A stretch of DNA of 32,000 nt from an uncultured archaeon (GTDB lineage: Archaea; Asgardarchaeota; Thorarchaeia; Thorarchaeales; Thorarchaeaceae): contig CAZYLT010000011.1 of assembly GCA_964648855.1 (NCBI GenBank), forward strand, positions 30,001 through 62,000. The letters run 5' to 3'. This document shows, in pieces, positions 7,988 through 16,441 of this stretch. The position numbers and the translations under genes are program-made. A model generated the notes under the pieces. It had not been told where the DNA came from, made no database searches, and was given only the letters and a program-made list of their open reading frames with translations. Position 1 is the stretch's first letter. Every line of letters begins with the position of its first letter.

Positions 7988-10219
7988 TTAACTGAAATGG
8001 CTAAGTAGACGCATAAACCCTTCCCGTAATGATTGGATCTCTTGCCTTAATTGCTTTCTCTCTCTGCTCGTCAGCCCAAGAATAATGGAACCGACATAAT
8101 GAAGTTCCTCAATGACATTCTCCAATATCCCTGGAGAGTCATCCTCACAATATGGGATTCCTTTGTCATGATTCTCTTCTGACGAGGCAATCACTCTTCT
8201 TACCAAGTCCCTTGGTGCCCCAGTCCGGTCTATAACAACCCGTTCTAAAAGGTCGTTCAAATTCACTCGCTTCTTTGAGATAGCTTTAGTGACCAGTTTG
8301 GCATCTTCGACTGGTACTCCCAGAATCGCAACACTCTCTCCAAGGCTAGTGCATTGGAGACCGTCTTTTGCCTTTCTGATGAAACTTTCTGATTCAAGAT
8401 TATCTATAACTTCCAGCCCAGTCAGCGCTTGTTGTACCACGGCAGTGGCATACGTCGATGCCTCCGTCTTTAAGGCAGTCCTAATGAACTTCACAATATG
8501 CTTGCAGAGCCTATGTCTTTTCGCACCTTGATATTTCCAGGCTTCACATGTACATGAAATGCCCTCTCCCGCTCTGAGCAAGACATGATGCCATAAATCT
8601 CTTGATTGACTATGCACTAGCCCTTCAATTTTGTCTGGGCGTGTACTGACAATCCTAACGCTCTTTTCTGGAATCTTCTCTGCCCTCTCACGAGCAGCCT
8701 TTGTTGATCTTAGAGCAAGAAGGGTGTCAACTGATGCCTCGGGCTCAATATACCCTTTCCCAGTCAACTTCGCAGCCGCCCTGTTACTATGTGCCCAGAA
8801 TGTTCGGTCCAGAATACCAAAGGGATCCGTTTTGTCTCCGAAGGCCGCACATAACTCTGCAAGAATGAGATCCTGCATGTGTTCGCTCTCATCAAGCATG
8901 CTATCCACTTCTCCTGCTCTTGGAGCGATATTACCCACTGGATCTGTGATGAAGTACCTATTAATCACACGTGTCTTTTCTGATTCCGAGTCGAGTACAA
9001 TAATTCCAAATGCTTCAATATCCAGACCCCGTCTTCCTGCAGATCGGAGTATTTTGTCCAGTTGCCATTCAGATAGCATTGTGAGACCCTGCGTGACCGG
9101 TTGTGTCTCCTTTTCCTGCATGAAAACACCGAGTAGAAACACCACTGTGGCTCTCAATCCGCTAGCTATGGCGAATTTTGATGGCATAACCAAGACAGGT
9201 AGAAGCCTATCCTCCCACGCCTTAGATATGGCACGTCTCTGTGTTCTAGAAACACCCTGATGAAAGAATGCTATGCCCCTAGAAATTGTCCGTCCAAGAC
9301 TCTTGGTCATCTTACAATCCTTGTAATGACCAGTGACCTCTTCAGCCAGTTCCCTGAGTTCATCTCTATGTCCCAGTGTCAAAGGCAGCTCGAGCCTTAC
9401 ACCGCCGTTCTTCCCGACCCCAGCCAAGCCTAAAGCCAAGTGGTTTGCCATATCCCGATTCGGAGTCATAATCATGATTTGTCCCCCGCGTCGATGGACG
9501 AACTGAGTCAAATCCTTGAGTGACTCGTTCATATTCTCGAATACCTTTACGCTGAATATTCTCTTGACATCCGCCTTTTCATCTACAATCGGAGTTGCAT
9601 CAAGCCAGGTAACGAGTTCGACCAAATCCTCTACTGGGGGACAAATGGCTATATGTTGTAGGTCCCGCCCTCTTCGCATAATTGTCACGAGTATTGTTTC
9701 AAGGCGGGCACCTAAGTCCGGTTCGCCTATGAGGTCAAGACGCTCCGTGAGCACACACTGGATATCATTAAGAATCTCTGGATGAGTGCGAAGAGCAATT
9801 CCTAGGGCACTATATGTTGCTACGATAACTCTACCAGTAATCTCCTTAGTATCTAGGGCGTCCCTTCTTCTCGAAATCATTTTGGCTTCTATGCCCAACC
9901 GCGTACAGTGCCTACTCACCGATCTGAATCTTTTCTCAGCCTGATGCGGGTTGGGAGACAAGACAATTGCTTTTGTTTTGAAGTTCGATGTCACTCTATG
10001 GAGAAGTCCTACCTCGGCTATCTTATATGCCTCATCATAGTCATAGGTAACAAGAATTTGACTGTCCCCAATTGAAAGCCCCTCCCGAACAGAGGCTCTT
10101 TGGAAATTAGTGAGACTAGCCCAACCTTCTCGCCTCAATATCTCTAGTAGACGAGGCGAAATCCGAGCTAACTCGAGTTCCCGCAGACTACTCAAATCAT
10201 ATCCACTCCCTGACTTCAA
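7988..10219 (-). CDS. Degenerate Ski2/Hel308-like SF2 helicase-fold protein with a SWIM zinc finger
   Basis: Q-motif LTNFQ, RVIVATY, LIGEPDLGARLETIL, GIAFFHQGVS..QR..I, AGRRGLD and CTSLG follow Hel308 order, but Walker A and DExH are absent. SWIM is CTC-x12-CKH. Confidence 0.8.
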   Translation of the reverse strand: MKSGSGYDLSSLRELELARISPRLLEILRREGWASLTNFQRASVREGLSIGDSQILVTYDYDEAYKIAEVGLLHRVTSNFKTKAIVLSPNPHQAEKRFRSVSRHCTRLGIEAKMISRRRDALDTKEITGRVIVATYSALGIALRTHPEILNDIQCVLTERLDLIGEPDLGARLETILVTIMRRGRDLQHIAICPPVEDLVELVTWLDATPIVDEKADVKRIFSVKVFENMNESLKDLTQFVHRRGGQIMIMTPNRDMANHLALGLAGVGKNGGVRLELPLTLGHRDELRELAEEVTGHYKDCKMTKSLGRTISRGIAFFHQGVSRTQRRAISKAWEDRLLPVLVMPSKFAIASGLRATVVFLLGVFMQEKETQPVTQGLTMLSEWQLDKILRSAGRRGLDIEAFGIIVLDSESEKTRVINRYFITDPVGNIAPRAGEVDSMLDESEHMQDLILAELCAAFGDKTDPFGILDRTFWAHSNRAAAKLTGKGYIEPEASVDTLLALRSTKAARERAEKIPEKSVRIVSTRPDKIEGLVHSQSRDLWHHVLLRAGEGISCTCEAWKYQGAKRHRLCKHIVKFIRTALKTEASTYATAVVQQALTGLEVIDNLESESFIRKAKDGLQCTSLGESVAILGVPVEDAKLVTKAISKKRVNLNDLLERVVIDRTGAPRDLVRRVIASSEENHDKGIPYCEDDSPGILENVIEELHYVGSIILGLTSRERKQLRQEIQSLREGFMRLLSHFS

Positions 10220-10395
10220 ATGCGCAAATGCACTTCCAGAGGTGTGTATTCTGTCCTATTATCCCTTTTTATGTCAAAACTATCGAAAAATAATCAGAAA
10301 TTGCCATAATGCGTTACCGGAAGACATTGAGACTGTAAGACATCGTTTGATAAGGTGTAATTGCATTTTGATTTGCTTTTAGCCAAGTGATAGAT

Positions 10396-10670
10396 ATGGA
10401 ACTAACACGCTCCATCTGCAGTGAGAATTGCTTAAATCAGATGTACTCCACTCCTCTGGAAAGAAAATTGGTCATATTGATGATCTGACATTCAAATTCG
10501 ATGGTGCACTGAAGCTGTCCAAGTTCATAATTGCTGGGTCTGTCTTTGAGGAACTCTTAGAAACATTCGGAGTTCGTCCTGACAAGGATCGCATCTTTGA
10601 CGCTTCGCTAATAAAGAAAACTGATGGAGAAGAAATTCATCTCAACACCACGACGAACAAGTCATACTAA
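10396..10670 (+). pseudogene. PRC-barrel domain protein, frameshifted near the 5' end
   Basis: ATG at 10396 gives MELTRSICSE. After a 2-nt offset (agtGAgaattg) it continues LLKSDVLHSSGKKIGHIDDLTF...FIIAGS, a PRC-barrel pattern. Confidence 0.65.
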
Positions 10671-10937
10671 GTGATTCTAAGGAAAAATTCGACAAAGCAA
10701 TGTAAGATGCCCTGAAATCCAAAGAGCAACAATCCACAAAAGATTCAAAGGATGTTACACGGGATATCTCTACAGCCCGGCTTTTTGCGCACCTGCCCTA
10801 CTAGGATCCACAAGAAACTTTTTGCCACAACAATACCTCTATCATATACCAATTGAAAAGCAATAGATGGTGGATGTAGTATTGTCATCTGAAGTTGGAG
10901 AATGTGGTAATTCCAATCTCCTTGAGGACTGAAAGTC

Positions 10938-11678
10938 ATGGCTTTCGTAGCAACCAAAGACAGTAGTTTCGAAATAATCCTGAAAAAAGGATTCAAAGTA
11001 AAACCCGGCTCCATATTCATATCTGGATTTCATGGGCTTGGAGAGGTCGGTTTCCTTAGTACAGCACATCTCACACGTACTCTTGAGGCTGAACGTGTGG
11101 GTTTTATCAAGAGTGATATGCTGCCGCTTTTCGTGTCTATGGAAAATGAGAAGATGGTGCTTCCATTTGAAATCTATTTCTATGAAGAAAAGAACATGAT
11201 ATTTTTCGTTCCACGATTTCAACCTCATCAATCTGAACAATGGGGATTCGTTGAGCATCTAGCAAACTGGATTATGGAACAGAAATTCGACGAAGTTCTC
11301 CTGTTGGGTGGACTCGATGCTAGCTTCAAAGAAGGCGAAGAAGATATGCGTACGGTTCCGACTAACGCATATAGACCAAAGCTTGACAAATGGAATGTAC
11401 CAATATTGGAAGAAGGTCTCTTTGTAGCTGGCCCTCTAGCCTTGCTATTGGCAAATTTGGAGATGAATGAATGTCCAGCCATAGGATTACTTACTTATGC
11501 CACCAGAGGGCGTCCAGATCCCCGCTCTGCAGCGAGTATGCTTGAAAAAATCAATGATGTGTTTGGTGTTTCAGCAAACGTGGATCAACTCATCGAAGAG
11601 AGCAAAGAGATTGAGCGCCTGGAAAAGATGAGGAAATCAATCGAGTCCGATAGTGACCCATCGCAGATGTACCTGTAA
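10938..11678 (+). CDS. PAC2-family proteasome assembly chaperone/activator (PbaA/PbaB-like)
   Basis: GFHGLGEVG, LLGG, GPLALLL and PDPRSAA motifs; C-terminal HbYX tail (MYL). Confidence 0.92.
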   Translation: MAFVATKDSSFEIILKKGFKVKPGSIFISGFHGLGEVGFLSTAHLTRTLEAERVGFIKSDMLPLFVSMENEKMVLPFEIYFYEEKNMIFFVPRFQPHQSEQWGFVEHLANWIMEQKFDEVLLLGGLDASFKEGEEDMRTVPTNAYRPKLDKWNVPILEEGLFVAGPLALLLANLEMNECPAIGLLTYATRGRPDPRSAASMLEKINDVFGVSANVDQLIEESKEIERLEKMRKSIESDSDPSQMYL

Positions 11679-11690
11679 GGCCGGAAGAAG

Positions 11691-12233
11691 CTAGCCCAGT
11701 TTCCTGATGTACCAGCCGATATCGATGAGATTCTTGGCTACTAGGTCCTCAGCCTTCAGATAGGGAACTCGTGTTGCATCGACCGACAGTTCAGCAAGAC
11801 CCAATACGTCATCTCTTTCATTCAGAACTATGACTCGCTGACGTCTTTTCAGTGACTGGTCAATGTCAATCACTGACTCCTTAATGATACTCCTACCATA
11901 AGTGAAAGATTCTGCAGCGATTTGTTTGACATGAATTAGATTCGACGTCAATTTTGCCAGTGGATTAAGAATAGGCAAGCTAAGTCTTAACCTACTCTGA
12001 TAAACATCAACAAACCATAGTCCAAGAGAATAGACATCGAGGCCCGAGATGGTATTTTCGAAAAACCTCATCCACTCTCTGGGAACAAGGTAAATTGAAT
12101 CTAGTTGTTCACCTTCAATTTTTGCGGGTACCCGTTCTTTGATCAAAGCCTGTGTGACACCATCTCCGAATTCTTTGTCAATCTGAGCTGCAATCTTGTC
12201 CCAGTATGTAGACTCGACCAACTCTAACTCCAT
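11691..12233 (-). CDS. Nip7-like PUA-domain ribosome biogenesis protein
   Basis: AAESFTYGRSIIKESV, VIVLNERDDVLGLA and KNLIDIGWYIR resemble the Nip7 C-terminal PUA domain. Abuts the Nop2 gene. Confidence 0.85.
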   Translation of the reverse strand: MELELVESTYWDKIAAQIDKEFGDGVTQALIKERVPAKIEGEQLDSIYLVPREWMRFFENTISGLDVYSLGLWFVDVYQSRLRLSLPILNPLAKLTSNLIHVKQIAAESFTYGRSIIKESVIDIDQSLKRRQRVIVLNERDDVLGLAELSVDATRVPYLKAEDLVAKNLIDIGWYIRKLG

Positions 12234-13211
12234 TTACAAAGCACCTACCTTCCTCATCCTGCAAATGAAGAATCCTTCCGTCCCATCCTTTTGAGGGAGA
12301 AACCGCTTTGCCATTTTCAGTGATTCGTCCAGTTGTACACCATAAGGCTGTGGATATCCCGGTGACCCAAAATCCTGAGTTATAGGTCCAATCTCCATCT
12401 CTGGATGATTTCGCAGAACATTATCCACAACAAACTCGTTCTCCTCTGGTGCAATAGAACAGGTTGCATACACCAGCACTCCTCCTATTCTAAGCTTCTC
12501 CACGGCAGCCTCAAGCATATCTCCTTCTCTGGTTGCACAGTAGCGAACATCAGCCATGGACTTGCTCGTCTTTCTGGTTGGGTCAATTGGAATGAGGCCC
12601 TCTCCAGAGCACGGCGCGTCCAGCAGGATTCTGTCGGGCTCAATATCAATCTCTTCCAATCTTCTTGCATCGCCTCTTATGACAAGTGAATTTGTAACTC
12701 CACAACGTTGGATATTACTCTCAAGACTCTGAATCCTTTTTCGATCATTTTCTATTGACACAACAATGCCAGTATTGTTCATACGTTGACCAATGTGAGT
12801 AGTCTTTCCTCCCGGAGCAGATGCAAGATCCATAATCACTTCACCAGGCTGCGGGTTTAGGACATCTACCACGGTCATGGATGGAACTCCTTGGACATAG
12901 TAGTGACCTAACATATGTTCCATCAAGGCACCCGGGGATAATCCTTGGAAATCTGCAACGTAGCCAAGGTCTATCCAATCAATCGGATCTAAATAGACCC
13001 CCTTCTCACTAAGACGCTGGATTGTCGTTGAAGGGGATGCAAGCAAGGGATTCAATCTAATGGCAGTAGGAATGGGTTTCTCGCAGGCTTCAAGGAAAGC
13101 GATTGTTTCAGACATTCCCCATAGCGTGAGATAGCGCTCCAACATATAGGGAAGGTACCCCCACTCTTCCGCAATCTCTTTTGCCTGTTCTCTTATCTTT
13201 CTACTCGCCAA
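12234..13211 (-). CDS. Nop2/RsmB-family RNA m5C methyltransferase
   Basis: GHYYVQ, DLASAPGGKTTH, ILLDAPCSGEG, VYATCS..PEENE and EGFFI motifs; both catalytic Cys present. Confidence 0.95.
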   Translation of the reverse strand: MASRKIREQAKEIAEEWGYLPYMLERYLTLWGMSETIAFLEACEKPIPTAIRLNPLLASPSTTIQRLSEKGVYLDPIDWIDLGYVADFQGLSPGALMEHMLGHYYVQGVPSMTVVDVLNPQPGEVIMDLASAPGGKTTHIGQRMNNTGIVVSIENDRKRIQSLESNIQRCGVTNSLVIRGDARRLEEIDIEPDRILLDAPCSGEGLIPIDPTRKTSKSMADVRYCATREGDMLEAAVEKLRIGGVLVYATCSIAPEENEFVVDNVLRNHPEMEIGPITQDFGSPGYPQPYGVQLDESLKMAKRFLPQKDGTEGFFICRMRKVGAL

Positions 13212-13243
13212 TATTTCTAATCCCCTTCAATTATCTAAAATTT

Positions 13244-13684
13244 TCAATCTTCTCCAATATCTTCATTCCATAGGCTTGGGTTATCCTCGATGAATCTAGT
13301 CATCATTTCTATACATTCGGGATTATTTTCTACCTTCAAATCAACCCCGCGGCTTTTGAGATAATCCTCTGGTCCCTCAAATGTCCGATTTTCTCCTATA
13401 ACGACGCGTGGAATTCCGTAGAGAAGTACCGCACCGCTACACATGTCACAGGGTGATAGAGTTGAATATAGAGTGGATTTTCGATACTCGACAGCCGTCA
13501 ACCGTCCTGCGTTCTCTAGGCAATCCATTTCTGCATGAAGAATAGGACTACCATCTTGTATTCGCTTGTTATGACCGCTACCTACTATTTTGTCGTCAAT
13601 AACTAAGACAGCTCCTATCGGAATCCCTCCCTCCTTCAATCCTCTCTTTGCTTCATCTATAGATGATTGCATAAATCGGTTCAT
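13244..13684 (-). CDS. Zinc-dependent cytosine/nucleoside deaminase (yeast Fcy1-like)
   Basis: EGGIPIG, HAE, SPCDMC and C-terminal WNEDIGE motifs. Confidence 0.92.
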   Translation of the reverse strand: MNRFMQSSIDEAKRGLKEGGIPIGAVLVIDDKIVGSGHNKRIQDGSPILHAEMDCLENAGRLTAVEYRKSTLYSTLSPCDMCSGAVLLYGIPRVVIGENRTFEGPEDYLKSRGVDLKVENNPECIEMMTRFIEDNPSLWNEDIGED

Positions 13685-13705
13685 TATCTCACAATCTCCT
13701 TGCTA

Positions 13706-14959
13706 TCATTGTATTTGTGCCAAGGCACTCTGTAGCTCATTTACACTGGGCATTATGGCTTTCACTTCAGGTGTGAGTCTATCTGGCGTTGCAAGGTCTT
13801 TGAATCCTGATCCAGTGATGGGGACCACAACCCTATCCCTCAAGTCAATAGTTCCCTCATCAATGAGAAGTTCAAGTCCCGCCAACGCGGCAACTCCACT
13901 CGGTTCAGCAAAAATACCCTCCAGCCTTCCCAGTTCTACAAGATAGTGTTCAATTAGGGAATCTGGGACTGAGACCGCCTTTCCGTTTTCTGATTCCAAA
14001 TACTTCAGTGCGGCATCGCCATCCCATGGAAACGGATCCGCAAGTCCTCCTGCGACCGTTTCATTTGAGTCCCATGGCTTGATGTCTAAAGGAGGTTGAT
14101 CCTCTTTGAATGCTCGAACAATGGGTGCACACCCTTCAGGTTGAACTACAACTGGTCTGGGTATATCATCGATTAGTCCCATTTGCTCAAATTCGGAAAA
14201 TCCTTTCATAGTCCCAGACATCAGCCCTCCGCTTCCGGTGGGGAAAAGGATCCAGTCGGGAGGCTTCCAATTCATTTGCTCGGAAATTTCGTAAGCTATG
14301 GATTTTGTGCCTTCATATTGGAAGCAATTGAATGGACCAAAAGATGGACATGGCACCCAATCTAGTTGGTCACATGCATTCTTGAGAAGGGTTGTAGTGG
14401 GATCGATACCTTCCTTCTCTTTCTTAACTCTGAATACATTAGCGCCGAGGGTTCTAAGATGGATTAGCTTCCCTGCGGGGGCATTTTCGGGTACAAATAC
14501 CATGGCCGCAATGCCAGCTCTAGCTGCATATGTTGACATTGATGCAGCCGCATTCCCGGAAGAGGCTGCTGCTACAGTTTCTGCACCATCTTCAACGGCT
14601 CTACTAACGCCCACGCAGATTGGTCTATCTTTGAACGAACCCGAGGGGTTAGTAGTTTCATCCTTTAGAAAAAGATGTTTGAGATTCATCCTCTCTGCTA
14701 GTCTTTTACTCTGCAGCAGCGCAGTACCTCCTTCTCCCAGGGTCACGATATTCTCTCTTCTGGTCAATGGCAGAAACTCGAAGTATTTCCAGAGCCCTGG
14801 CTCTCTATTTGCCAATGTGGTCTTATCCACTACATCCTTTAGTGACTCAATATCAATTTCAATATCAATACGTCCACCACATCCGTCATTGGGCGGCACG
14901 TCTGAATTTTCATACGTTTTGCCGCACTTTGCACACTGGTAGGTACTGACAAAAGACAC
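13706..14959 (-). CDS. thrC: Threonine synthase (PLP-dependent)
   Basis: TLGEGGT, NPSGSFKDR, ASSGNAAAS, PTGSGG, EPSG and TGSGFKD motifs. Probable GTG start at 14959 after GGTGG. Exact substrate is unverified. Confidence 0.88.
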   Translation of the reverse strand: MSFVSTYQCAKCGKTYENSDVPPNDGCGGRIDIEIDIESLKDVVDKTTLANREPGLWKYFEFLPLTRRENIVTLGEGGTALLQSKRLAERMNLKHLFLKDETTNPSGSFKDRPICVGVSRAVEDGAETVAAASSGNAAASMSTYAARAGIAAMVFVPENAPAGKLIHLRTLGANVFRVKKEKEGIDPTTTLLKNACDQLDWVPCPSFGPFNCFQYEGTKSIAYEISEQMNWKPPDWILFPTGSGGLMSGTMKGFSEFEQMGLIDDIPRPVVVQPEGCAPIVRAFKEDQPPLDIKPWDSNETVAGGLADPFPWDGDAALKYLESENGKAVSVPDSLIEHYLVELGRLEGIFAEPSGVAALAGLELLIDEGTIDLRDRVVVPITGSGFKDLATPDRLTPEVKAIMPSVNELQSALAQIQ

Positions 14960-15082
14960 TTTTACATCAACCACCATCACAAAGTATGCCAAGGTTATGT
15001 GGCTTGTGGCTTGCACATTAATTACTGGCATAATGGGCGGATATTCATTCGACCGCTTGGGTACTCGATGAGGCTATCAATA

Positions 15083-15676
15083 ATGAACAAGACCAGCATT
15101 GAAGTGGAAATAAAAATCAAGATTGACAATCTGGAGGCTGTAGGGCGACAATTAGAATCAATGGGGGCTAAGCTGAAGAATTCAGAAAAACAAGTCGACT
15201 TGTACTATAACCATCCATGTAGGGACTACTCGGTGACAGATGAAGCTCTGCGCATTAGAAGAAGAATCCTCGTTAAAACAGAGGGTGAAGAGAGCAACCT
15301 AGATAAATTTCCCCTCATCGAGATCACATACAAGGGGCCCAAACTTGACGAATCTACTAAGACGCGGGTCGAGCACTCGGTCGGAGTCAATAGTTACGAG
15401 AATGCTAAGCTCATATTCTCCTCTCTCGGTTTCATAGAAGTTGCTAGCATTGAGAAGCAGAGAGTCTTCTATACACATGGCGACATTACCATCAGCCTTG
15501 ACAATGTACTCGATGTTGGGTGTTTCATAGAGCTCGAAAGAATAGTTACTAATCCTGATTTGCTTGGCAAGGCCCGAAAAGAGATTCTAGAGTTGGTTGA
15601 ATCCCTCGGATACAGTATCAAGGATTCAATTCGAGAGTCCTACCTAGAATTATATCTTGCAAAAAATCAATCTTAG
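15083..15676 (+). CDS. cyaB: CYTH-domain protein (class IV adenylate cyclase / triphosphatase family)
   Basis: EVEIK (ExExK), DLYYNHPCRD, DEALRIR, TYKGPK, FIELE and SYLEL motifs. Start revised to ATG 15083. Confidence 0.9.
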   Translation: MNKTSIEVEIKIKIDNLEAVGRQLESMGAKLKNSEKQVDLYYNHPCRDYSVTDEALRIRRRILVKTEGEESNLDKFPLIEITYKGPKLDESTKTRVEHSVGVNSYENAKLIFSSLGFIEVASIEKQRVFYTHGDITISLDNVLDVGCFIELERIVTNPDLLGKARKEILELVESLGYSIKDSIRESYLELYLAKNQS

Positions 15677-16284
15677 CTAACTAGACCCATTTCTTTCTCT
15701 AGCTGAACCACAAATTCCTCCAGTACATTATGGCGATCTTGAGCCATCTGTTGTCCAATATCTGTATACATGAGGTCACGTAATTTCAGGAGTTTCTCGT
15801 GCGCATGCTGAAGAAAACCTTCGATGCCACGATTATCAACTGATGATTGCGCAACAGCTCGAAATACTCCAATAGCTCCTATTGCGTCTAGCTTATCAGC
15901 ATCACTTAGAATCTTTCCTTCGACATTTACGGCTTCTAAGCCTTCACTGAACCTATGTGTTCTAATCGTTTGAATAACAGACTCAATCTCTGAGTCCGAA
16001 TAGTTAAGGGTCTCCAGAATCTCTACACTCATTTCTCCTGAGAGTATCGAATGAGACTTTCCCGCCTCCTTTTCGAAAGGTCTACCGATGTCATGGAGCA
16101 GTGCGGAAGCGCCTAGTACTCGAATATTCACTTCCTCCTTTTGCGCCATCTCCAGTGACAGACTCAGGACTCGCTCAATGTGAGCATAAGTATGTGCTCC
16201 TATTTCATCATCGCCAAGAGTCTGTTTCACGTACTCTTCAATAGGTTCCCTCGGGAACTCGGTGATGTCTTTGGAATGATTCAA
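15673..16284 (-). CDS. HD-domain phosphohydrolase
   Basis: H...HIERV, LLHDIG, HRFS and DADKLDAIGAIG motifs. Probable TTG start at 16284; the longer ORF-track start overlaps the next gene. Confidence 0.9.
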   Translation of the reverse strand: MNHSKDITEFPREPIEEYVKQTLGDDEIGAHTYAHIERVLSLSLEMAQKEEVNIRVLGASALLHDIGRPFEKEAGKSHSILSGEMSVEILETLNYSDSEIESVIQTIRTHRFSEGLEAVNVEGKILSDADKLDAIGAIGVFRAVAQSSVDNRGIEGFLQHAHEKLLKLRDLMYTDIGQQMAQDRHNVLEEFVVQLEKEMGLVS

Positions 16285-16441
16285 CTGTAGTGTCTTCCTA
16301 TATCGATTTATTGAAGGGAGCCATGCAAGAAATCCTTTAAACACTACCCTCAGAAAGTCTGAATACCACCTGAGGATTTGCCTCTGTAGTGAAGTTTGTG
16401 GCTTCACAGATGCACGCCCAAGGAAGCCTAGAGGGACGCCA

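Noticed and set aside
8631-9260. Long antisense ORFs (this one, 14298-14942 and similar)
   Set aside because: They mirror well-supported genes on the other strand and lack motifs.
13244-13684. Deaminase beside an RNA methyltransferase as an RNA-editing or defence system
   Set aside because: The WNEDIGE lid and overall pattern match free-base cytosine deaminases; there is no RNA-binding domain or defence context.
15673-15676. Recurrent 4-nt overlaps of convergent stops (also 5202-5205 and 29213-29216)
   Set aside because: A common consequence of compact archaeal genomes; no evidence of a regulatory role.
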